Shown: one piece after another, positions 54,967-62,161 of the stretch
Layout of the letters: every line of letters begins with the position of its first letter
Numbering within the stretch: the stretch's first letter is position 1
Assembly (NCBI GenBank): GCA_965216195.1
Contig: OZ244151.1
Coordinates: 2,510,761 to 2,574,760, forward strand
Source: Aridibacter sp.
GTDB lineage: Bacteria; Acidobacteriota; Blastocatellia; Pyrinomonadales; Pyrinomonadaceae
Length of the DNA stretch: 64,000 nt
Direction of reading: 5' to 3'
Made by a program: the position numbers and the translations under genes
Notes under the pieces: generated by a model
Seen by the model: only the letters and a program-made list of their open reading frames with translations
What the model was told of the DNA's origin: nothing
Database searches by the model: none

Positions 54967-56499
54967 TTAAATGTCTAAAACATCCACCCCCGAAACCCCA
55001 TCAATAACCCCGCCTATCGCCTTCCTGATTTTCGGTTTCATCAAAATAAAATAAACCACAAATGCAATTCCGAATGTTACAAAAAACGAATATTTATAGA
55101 GCGTATCAAAAAAGCCAGGATCTGCGACTTGCCCGCCTGGTGTTGTTGCGGCTCGGATAAATCCATACACGACAGGAGCAATTGCAATTACTAAAGCCAG
55201 AATCGCTCGCCAATTAAAGCCGTCTGAATATGAATAAATTCCGTCCGTTTTGAAAATTTCGGCGAGGTTTAATTTCTGCTTTCGCAGAATCCAGTAATCG
55301 CAGATCATAATCCCGCCGATCGCTCCCATCAAACCGGAATAGCCAATCAACCATGTAAAAATATATGCTCCCATCGAAGACATAAGTTGCCAGGGCATCA
55401 TCAAAATTCCGATTGCCGCCGTAATCAAACCACCCGTTACAAACGAGATTTTCCTTGGATTGAGATTTGAAAAATCGTTTGAAGGCGAAACAACATTTGC
55501 CGCCATATTTGTTGAAAGTTGAGCTACGAAGATCACGATCATCGCAAAGAGAATTACTAGAGTTGAATCAAATTTTTTGATTAGTTCAACCGGACTCGGA
55601 ATCGCTTCGCCGTAAATAATCACAGTCGCTGAAGTTACGGCGACACCAATAAATGCAAATGCTGTCATCGTAAAAGGAAGTCCGATTGCTTGCCCAAGCA
55701 TCTGCGATTTTTGCGATTTTGCGTAGCGAGTAAAATCGGGAATGTTTAACGAAAGCGTCGCCCAATAGCCCACCGAAGCCGTTAAAGCTCCGGGGAAAAT
55801 TGCCCAAAAGCTATTTGTTTCTTTCTGTAAACTGCTCGATTTTGAAAGCACATTTCCAAGTCCGCTAGCTTTTGATGAAGCCCAGATAAGCAAAGCGATT
55901 CCGCCTAAAAGAAGAAACGGAGCGGCAAATGATTCGAGAATTTTTATGCCTTCGATGCCTTTTAAGATTATGACAACTTGAATTGCCCAAAAGATATAAA
56001 ACGCCAGCCAAGCGTGTCCGGGAATGTCGAGAAAGGTTGCCGCAAAAGTCGCATTCCAACCGCTCCAAATTGCTCCAAAAAGTGCGTCGATCGCTTGTCC
56101 GCCAATCCACGTTTGAATTCCAAACCAACCGCAAGCAACTATCGCACGAAGAATCGCCGGAATGTTCGCACCTTTTGTTCCAAAAGAAGTCCGCAATAAA
56201 ACTGGAAACGAAATGCCGTATTTTGTTCCTGCGTGGGCATTCAAAACCATCGGAATCAGCACGATGCAATTTCCAAGCAGAATCGTTAGCATCGCTTGCC
56301 ACCAATTCATTCCCGCCGAGATAAAACCGCCTGCAAGTGTGTACGTCGTAATGACAACGCTCATTCCAATCCAAAGAGCGGCGATATTCCAAGTTGACCA
56401 GGTGCGTTGCTCAATCGTCGTCGGAGCAAGGTCTTTGTTCCACAAAGGTGATGCGGAAACGTCTTCTTTTAATTCGATGAAATCTGTTCTATTTGTCAT
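54967..56499 (-). CDS. NCS1 family nucleobase/hydantoin:cation symporter
   Basis: 12-TM permease. The N-terminus ...NKDLAPTTIEQRTWSTWNIAALWIGMSV... is typical of the NCS1 (Mhp1/PucI/CodB-like) family. Confidence 0.9.
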   Translation of the reverse strand: MTNRTDFIELKEDVSASPLWNKDLAPTTIEQRTWSTWNIAALWIGMSVVITTYTLAGGFISAGMNWWQAMLTILLGNCIVLIPMVLNAHAGTKYGISFPVLLRTSFGTKGANIPAILRAIVACGWFGIQTWIGGQAIDALFGAIWSGWNATFAATFLDIPGHAWLAFYIFWAIQVVIILKGIEGIKILESFAAPFLLLGGIALLIWASSKASGLGNVLSKSSSLQKETNSFWAIFPGALTASVGYWATLSLNIPDFTRYAKSQKSQMLGQAIGLPFTMTAFAFIGVAVTSATVIIYGEAIPSPVELIKKFDSTLVILFAMIVIFVAQLSTNMAANVVSPSNDFSNLNPRKISFVTGGLITAAIGILMMPWQLMSSMGAYIFTWLIGYSGLMGAIGGIMICDYWILRKQKLNLAEIFKTDGIYSYSDGFNWRAILALVIAIAPVVYGFIRAATTPGGQVADPGFFDTLYKYSFFVTFGIAFVVYFILMKPKIRKAIGGVIDGVSGVDVLDI

Positions 56500-56508
56500 T
56501 GGGATTTT

Positions 56509-56650
56509 GCCGCGGATTAACGCGGAAGACGCGGATAAGAAATTGAATATGGATTATCAAATCATAAAAACGCGTTCCTAATATCTTTCAACCTCCATTT
56601 CCTCACTTTATCTCTTATAAAATCCGTTTTTCTCCACGTCTATCCGCGGC
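56509..56650. repeat. Gene-less copy of the CCGCGGATTAACGCGGA element
   Basis: 56509-56536, GCCGCGGATTAACGCGGAAGACGCGGAT, is identical to the reverse complement of 53388-53415. A degenerate partner ATCCGTTTTTCTCCACGTCTATCCGCGGC lies at 56622-56650. Confidence 0.6.
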
Positions 56651-56670
56651 TGAAATGCGTATCCTTATTC

Positions 56671-56781
56671 TCAATCGCGTAGCGATTGCCTGAATTTAGC
56701 CGTGGGTTTCAACCCACTAAATATCTGACTCGCATCAATCGCGTAGCGATTACCTGAATTTAGCCGTGGGTTTCAACCCAC
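56671..56781. repeat. Two tandem 47-nt REP units (64-bp period) left of RAYT-1
   Basis: TCAATCGCGTAGCGATT(G/A)CCTGAATTTAGCCGTGGGTTTCAACCCAC occurs at 56671-56717 and 56735-56781, with one mismatch. Each unit contains two hairpins. Confidence 0.8.
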
Positions 56782-56825
56782 GGATTCTGGATCAAATCGT
56801 GCCTGTCGCGTCAGCGACAAATGAA

Positions 56826-57281
56826 TTAACCAAACATATATTTCTCACCAACAACATCTATCTCATGCAATTCCAATAAATCCGAGTATTCATCCTCAAA
56901 TGTTTTACCGTGATGATGCTCTCTCTGATTTTTAATATATTCAACTACCTTTGGCATCAAAGATTTGCTCACTGAAAACGCCGAAAATCCATCTTGCCAA
57001 GCAAATCCAGCCATTTTCGGAAACTCGTTATGAATCCATTTTGACGACTCACCTTTAATAAACTTAGCAATCTGGCTAGGTGAATACTTCGGCGGCGATA
57101 AGATCAAGGTGTGAATATGATCCTCAATTCCGCCAACTCGAATTGCGGTGCAATTATGCTTCCTCGCGATTCCGCCGATGTATGCCCAAACGCGATTTTC
57201 AATTTCTCTTTCGATCCAACGCTCACGATTCTTCGTGCTGAAAACGATGTGATTAAAACACGAAGAATATGTATTTGCCAT
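56826..57281 (-). CDS. IS200/IS605-like Y1 (HUH) transposase, REP-associated type (RAYT-1)
   Basis: HUH motif in EDHIHTLI. The IKGESSKW and YIKNQREHH segments carry the catalytic Tyr. Flanked by REP hairpins. Confidence 0.88.
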   Translation of the reverse strand: MANTYSSCFNHIVFSTKNRERWIEREIENRVWAYIGGIARKHNCTAIRVGGIEDHIHTLILSPPKYSPSQIAKFIKGESSKWIHNEFPKMAGFAWQDGFSAFSVSKSLMPKVVEYIKNQREHHHGKTFEDEYSDLLELHEIDVVGEKYMFG

Positions 57282-57293
57282 ATTTCTTCAATT

Positions 57294-57375
57294 GTCGCTA
57301 ACGCGACACGTTTGCTTGTCTACCTTGACCGTGCGTTAAAACGCACGGCTAAATTCTGTTTGTCGCTACGCGACA
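57294..57375. repeat. REP hairpins right of RAYT-1
   Basis: GTCGC-TAAC-GCGAC, then CCGTGCGTT-AA-AACGCACGG followed by GGCTAAATTC (the inverse of GAATTTAGCC on the left side), then TGTCGC-TAC-GCGACA. Confidence 0.6.
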
Positions 57376-57380
57376 TCTTT

Positions 57381-57860
57381 CTATTCAACAAAATGTGTGA
57401 ATTTATCGTCTTCATCCATTCTTAGGACACCTGTTTTTAGATTAAGTGATTGAATATCATCGTGCTCACAAATGTAGGCAGGCAACCTAAAAGAATCACC
57501 ACCCGCTTTCTTCCAACACTCAAAATACCATTTGAAAATAGCGTCGATTTCAATTTGCCATGATTCATCCGACTCGAAATCCAATTTCCATTCTGGAATT
57601 TCAATTTTCTCAAGTAACCCAATGCTAGAATCTGGAAAATACCTTGGGTCATCGTGAAAGACTTCGTTATTCCCTTCGTCCATAAGAAAGATTCTTATAG
57701 GCAACTCCCCGCCTAAGCCATCATGAAAAACTTCTGCATCAATAATCTTCACTCTTGGATGAAAATTAAAATTTTGAAAACTTCTCGATTCTCTAACCAC
57801 TAAATCAGAAAGCTCTGACAGATACTTTTCAACCTCAATTTTATATTCATCATTCGTCAT
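57381..57860 (-). CDS. Acidic cytoplasmic hypothetical protein (A+T-rich orphan)
   Basis: The start ATG at 57860 overlaps the dihydropyrimidinase stop as TAATG. No motif recognised. Confidence 0.65.
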   Translation of the reverse strand: MTNDEYKIEVEKYLSELSDLVVRESRSFQNFNFHPRVKIIDAEVFHDGLGGELPIRIFLMDEGNNEVFHDDPRYFPDSSIGLLEKIEIPEWKLDFESDESWQIEIDAIFKWYFECWKKAGGDSFRLPAYICEHDDIQSLNLKTGVLRMDEDDKFTHFVE

Positions 57861-59239
57861 TAAATCTTCACGCACTCGCCTCGTTTGATAAATTGTCCGT
57901 CGCCTTGTTTGCCGATGTATTCACCTTCTTTGATGACGACATTTCCGCGAGACAGAACTGTTTCGACGACGCCTTGAACTTCGAAGCCTTCGTAGGCGTT
58001 GTAATCGACGTTCATATGGTGCGTATCAACGCTGATTATTTGGCGTTTTTCGGTGTCAAAAATCACAATGTCGGCATCCGAACCAACGGCAATCGTTCCT
58101 TTTTTTGGGAACATTCCAAACATCTTGGCGGCGGCGGTTGAAGTAATTTCGACGAAGCGGTTTAGCGAAATGCGGTTTTCATGAACTCCGCCGTTATAAA
58201 TCAAAGACATACGATTTTCCACGCCCGGAGCACCGTTTGGAATTAGCGAAAAATCATCACGCCCAAGCTCTTTTTGTTCTTTCATGCAGAAAGGACAATG
58301 GTCAGTTGAAACAACCTGCAAGTCGTCCATTTTCAGACCTTTCCAAAGTTCGGCTTGGTTGTGTTTTTCACGCAAAGCGGGTGTCATAACGTATTTTGCA
58401 CCTTCAAAATCTTCACCGTAATCTTCGATTGAAAGGAATAAATATTGCGGACAAGTTTCGGCAAATGCGGGAATTCCTCTGTCGCGGGCTTCTCGAACCT
58501 GATTTAATGCGTCGTTACAACTCAGATGGACGATATAAACGGGCGATTCAGCCATTTCGGCAATTGCAATCGCACGGTGAACGCCTTCCGCTTCGGCAAC
58601 TGTCGGGCGAGTCAAAGCGTGATATTTCGGAGCCGTTCGCCCTTCAGCTAACGCACGTTTGACGATTTCATCAATAACAATGCCGTTTTCGGCGTGCATA
58701 GCAATCAAACCACCACGTTCACCAGCGGCAGACATCGCACGAAAAATCGTTGCATCATCCGCCAGAAAAACTCCTGGATATGCCATAAAGAGTTTGAAAC
58801 TCGTGATGCCTTCATTCATCAGCGTGTGCATTTCTTCGGTGTGTTTGTCTTCAAAATCGGTCGTGATCAAATGAAATCCGTAATCAATTGCCGTTTTGCC
58901 CTCAGCCTTCTCGTGCCACTTATCGACACCGGCGATCATCGACTCACCTTTTGTCTGAACGGCGAAATCAATAATCGTAGTCGTGCCTCCATAAGCCGCG
59001 GCTCTTGTTCCAGTCCAAAAATCATCAGCAGAATGCGTTCCGCCAAACGGCAATTCCATATGCGTATGCGGATCAATCCCGCCCGGAATCACGAGTTTTC
59101 CGGCTGCGTCAATGGTTTGGTCTGCTTCCATTTCAAGCGATTTTCCGATGACCGAAACCGTTTCACCTTCAATAAAAATATCGGCGTTGTAATCATCAAC
59201 CGCCGTTACAATTCGTCCGTTTTTGATAAGTGTTTTCAT
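57860..59239 (-). CDS. hydA: Dihydropyrimidinase / D-hydantoinase
   Basis: PGGIDPHTHMELPF metal-binding motif. The amidohydrolase fold continues through ...KLFMAY... (carboxylated Lys region) and ...STDHCPF. Confidence 0.93.
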   Translation of the reverse strand: MKTLIKNGRIVTAVDDYNADIFIEGETVSVIGKSLEMEADQTIDAAGKLVIPGGIDPHTHMELPFGGTHSADDFWTGTRAAAYGGTTTIIDFAVQTKGESMIAGVDKWHEKAEGKTAIDYGFHLITTDFEDKHTEEMHTLMNEGITSFKLFMAYPGVFLADDATIFRAMSAAGERGGLIAMHAENGIVIDEIVKRALAEGRTAPKYHALTRPTVAEAEGVHRAIAIAEMAESPVYIVHLSCNDALNQVREARDRGIPAFAETCPQYLFLSIEDYGEDFEGAKYVMTPALREKHNQAELWKGLKMDDLQVVSTDHCPFCMKEQKELGRDDFSLIPNGAPGVENRMSLIYNGGVHENRISLNRFVEITSTAAAKMFGMFPKKGTIAVGSDADIVIFDTEKRQIISVDTHHMNVDYNAYEGFEVQGVVETVLSRGNVVIKEGEYIGKQGDGQFIKRGECVKI

Positions 59240-59249
59240 AGGAACTTTT

Positions 59250-59277
59250 CACCACCGAGACACAGAGGCCTCAGAGC
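59250..59277. repeat. Single word-repeat arm upstream of hydA
   Basis: CACCACCGAGACACAGAGGCCTCAGAGC ends 10 nt upstream of the hydA start. It contains the palindrome GAGGCCTC. Confidence 0.4.
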
Positions 59278-59322
59278 TTTTTAATACAAATTAATTCTGC
59301 ATCTTCCAGTCTTTCTCGTATA

Positions 59323-59968
59323 ACTTGCCACTAGCTTCAGCTAGTGGATCAGGTTCAACTAAATCAATCGGCTTTAGCCAAACAGCAAACAAAGCAAATA
59401 ATCCTTATGGCTTAAGCCCAATCAACTTCAATCTTTAAACCTCTGAAATCCCGCTCTGTTCATAAATCCATTAAATTCCTCATCAAAACTTTTAGCCTTA
59501 TGATGTTCTTCTTGATTAGCAATGTATCTCCTAACACTTTTAACATTTGCCTCGCTTACAGAAACTGCAAAATATTCATCCTGCCAACCAAATTTTCCTT
59601 GAGTTAAATCATTTTTGTTTATCCAATGTGAGCTTTCACCTTTTATCAAACGCATTACATTTTCAATAGTTTGATCTGTTCCCAAAGAAATCAAGCAATG
59701 AACATGATCGACATATCCGCCAATAAAATCTATATAAATGTTCTTCTTTTCGGCATTTTCCTTGATGTGTTGGAAAACATCTTTTCTGATTTCATTGGTC
59801 AAGAATGGTTCTCGATTTTTGGTTGACCAAACAAAATGTATCCAAACTCTGACATAAGGCATAATGTTTTATTGGGCTGAAGCCAATGAGGATTATTCTC
59901 TTAAAATTGTTCGGCTAAAGCCTTTGTTCTCATCAATCTAAATCCACTAGCTGAAGCTAGTGGCAAGT
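59323..59968. mobile_element. RAYT-2 unit bounded by perfect 25-bp inverted hairpin repeats
   Basis: ACTTGCCACTAGCTTCAGCTAGTGG (59323-59347) is the exact reverse complement of CCACTAGCTGAAGCTAGTGGCAAGT (59944-59968). Nested symmetric pairs: GGCTTTAGCC (59370) with GGCTAAAGCC (59913), and GGCTTAAGCC (59409) with GGGCTGAAGCC (59874). Confidence 0.7.
59428..59862 (-). CDS. IS200/IS605-like Y1 (HUH) transposase, REP-associated type (RAYT-2)
   Basis: HUH motif in VDHVHCLI. IKGESSHW and YIANQEEHH segments. Confidence 0.88.
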   Translation of the reverse strand: MPYVRVWIHFVWSTKNREPFLTNEIRKDVFQHIKENAEKKNIYIDFIGGYVDHVHCLISLGTDQTIENVMRLIKGESSHWINKNDLTQGKFGWQDEYFAVSVSEANVKSVRRYIANQEEHHKAKSFDEEFNGFMNRAGFQRFKD

Positions 59969-60003
59969 CATAAGACCCATCTTAATAGTCTGTCCTAAGT
60001 TTT

Positions 60004-60639
60004 TCAGGATACCCAAGCCGTAAATGTCTTTTTAACCTTCCATTTTCCATTATCTTTAGATAGAAGATAATAATCACCCGACGCACACAGACCGCCACAA
60101 TAGAAGTATGTAAATAAAAGGGCTTGCGTTCCATCCTTACTAAAGCCAACTCTAGAAAGCGTATAATACCCGTCCGTATTTGGATATTTTTTTCGAAACT
60201 TCTCGATAAAGAGATCCGCCCAAGTTAGTTTTCGCAATTCAGTTTCGCGAATCACAGCATACGGCTTTTTTGTTGGAAAAATCTCCTCAATAGTTTTTGA
60301 CTTAAGATTCCGATCTTTAAAATTACCGAGAGTGTCAGGTCGCAACTCCGAAAATTCCTCAAACAGTCTTTTTGTTACGTATTTAGATTTTTTGGAATCA
60401 TCAGATAACAGATCACTCTTTGTTTGACCAGAAATAACAAAAAAACGTTTCTTCTTTTCCCCGATGGCAAGCACATATATTTCATATTCTGTCTCAACTG
60501 TCGGCATTGAAGTTATCTGTTCTGGAACTGAATTAATGTCTATTTCGTTCCCGGTTTCTGAAAAACAACCACTACCAAGACAACTTAGTACAATTACTAC
60601 TGTAAATAGGCTTGTTTTTATTTTCAGGTTTAACAACAT
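60004..60639 (-). CDS. Lipoprotein, function unknown (A+T-rich orphan)
   Basis: Lipobox LSCLGSGC after a hydrophobic N-terminus. No motif recognised. Confidence 0.65.
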   Translation of the reverse strand: MLLNLKIKTSLFTVVIVLSCLGSGCFSETGNEIDINSVPEQITSMPTVETEYEIYVLAIGEKKKRFFVISGQTKSDLLSDDSKKSKYVTKRLFEEFSELRPDTLGNFKDRNLKSKTIEEIFPTKKPYAVIRETELRKLTWADLFIEKFRKKYPNTDGYYTLSRVGFSKDGTQALLFTYFYCGGLCASGDYYLLSKDNGKWKVKKTFTAWVS

Positions 60640-60652
60640 TTAACAATTTAAC

Positions 60653-61954
60653 CTAAACGCCTAGCCCCTTATCCAAAGCCTCAACCAATTCATCGACCGT
60701 TTCTTTCGTTGAATTCAGCATCATCCCTGTGCGAATAACATTCCCGTAAAGTCCGCCTTTGCCAATTAGAACGCCTCGTTTTTTTGTTTCTTCAAAGACT
60801 TTTAGAACTGCTTGCGGATTTGGCTCTTTGGTTTTTTTGTCAACAACCAACTCAATCGCCTGCATCAAGCCTTTTCCGCGAACATCGCCGATAACTTGAT
60901 GTTTTTCTTGCAATTCTTCCAAACGCTCACGAAAGTATCCGCCGACGATTGTCGCATTTGTGCGTAAGTCTTCTTCTTCAATTACATTCACAACCGCCAA
61001 ACCTGCCGCCATTGAAACGGGGTTTCCGCCAAAGGTTGAGAAGGTTAGACCTTCAAATTTGTCAGCGATTTCGAGCGTGGCGATCGTCCAGCCAATTGGC
61101 ACGCCGTTGCCCATTCCTTTGGCTGATGTGATGATGTCCGGCTCAACGCCCCAATGTTCGATTCCAAACCACTTTTCGCCCGTTCGTCCCCAACCTGTTT
61201 GGACTTCGTCGGCAATAAACAAACCGCCATATCGGCGCGCAATTTCCGCAACTTTCCCGAAATATTCTTTTGGCGGAACGATAAAACCGCCAACTCCAAG
61301 AATCGGTTCAGCCATAAATGCGGCAATTTCGCCAGTTGTTGTAGTTTGGATTAACTCCTCGACATCGTCAGCACAAGCGACATCGCACGATGGATATTCG
61401 AGTTTGAAGGGGCAACGATAACAATATGGTGCCGATGCGTGTGAAATTCCTGCGACTTGCGATGCGACTGGCTTCCAGGTCGAATGTCCGATTGTCGAAA
61501 GTGCCGTTGCACTTCTGCCCGAATAGCTGTGGCGTAAAACGATTACCTCGTGTCTTCCGGTTGCTAATTTTGCAGCGAGAATTGCCGTGTCATCAGCTTC
61601 CGTGCCGCTGTTTGTAAAGAAAGATTTTTTAAGTTTGCCTGGCGAGATTTCGGCAAGTTTTTCTGCCAAATCGCCCTGCGGTTTGTTGGCGTAAAGTGTT
61701 GAGGTGTGTTGAATCGTCTTCGTTTGTTCTATTATCGCTTCATTAACTTTTGGATTTGCGTGCCCAATGCTGACAGTTAAAACGCCGCCAAAGCAGTCAA
61801 GATAACGGTTTCCTTCATCGTCCCAAACGTACTCACCATCGCCTTTTGCAAGTGCAATGGGTTCTTCGTAATAATTTGCAACGGCTGGAAAAAGAAATTC
61901 TTTGTGTTTGCGGATGGCTTCGGAAAGTTCGGTTCTCTTCTCGGTTGGGTTCAT
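60653..61954 (-). CDS. Class III (AGXT2-like) aminotransferase, probable beta-alanine/beta-aminoisobutyrate:pyruvate transaminase
   Basis: Start placed at MNPTEKRT (ATG 61954, with GAGGAG upstream). YLDCFGGVLTVSIGHANP and the fold-type I class III pattern are present. Context is pyrimidine catabolism. Confidence 0.88.
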   Translation of the reverse strand: MNPTEKRTELSEAIRKHKEFLFPAVANYYEEPIALAKGDGEYVWDDEGNRYLDCFGGVLTVSIGHANPKVNEAIIEQTKTIQHTSTLYANKPQGDLAEKLAEISPGKLKKSFFTNSGTEADDTAILAAKLATGRHEVIVLRHSYSGRSATALSTIGHSTWKPVASQVAGISHASAPYCYRCPFKLEYPSCDVACADDVEELIQTTTTGEIAAFMAEPILGVGGFIVPPKEYFGKVAEIARRYGGLFIADEVQTGWGRTGEKWFGIEHWGVEPDIITSAKGMGNGVPIGWTIATLEIADKFEGLTFSTFGGNPVSMAAGLAVVNVIEEEDLRTNATIVGGYFRERLEELQEKHQVIGDVRGKGLMQAIELVVDKKTKEPNPQAVLKVFEETKKRGVLIGKGGLYGNVIRTGMMLNSTKETVDELVEALDKGLGV

Positions 61955-62103
61955 ATTTACTCCTCGGCAATCACCAAGAAACTCCACACGAAATAACCAA
62001 TGCAAATCAACGCTTCCCGGCAAACGAATGCGATAGGTTAATTTATAACTTTCTCGTCTTAAAAAGCAACAAACATTACCGCCGCGCCTCACCCTGTAAA
62101 AAC

Positions 62104-62132
62104 AAAAAACCGCGCAGCTGACGGCCGCCCGG
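62104..62132 (-). terminator. Possible terminator after FHA-GGDEF gene
   Basis: Imperfect GC-rich stem CCGGGCGGC/GCTGCGCGG on the minus strand, followed by TTTTTTGTT. Confidence 0.35.
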
Positions 62133-62161
62133 TTCACATCTGACCAAAATTGTTTTAGCAA

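Noticed and set aside
56671-56781. Possible CRISPR array or tRNA-like structure (GTGGGTTTCAACCCAC).
   Set aside because: There are only two repeat copies, separated by 17 nt, and the repeat is internally palindromic and sits next to a RAYT gene. This is REP organisation. There is no acceptor stem or anticodon arm, so it is not a tRNA.
61955-62161. N-terminal 69-codon extension of the aminotransferase ORF.
   Set aside because: The extension is Cys/Arg-rich nonsense and runs through a terminator-like hairpin. The ATG at 61954 has a GAGGAG site and matches the usual start of class III aminotransferases.
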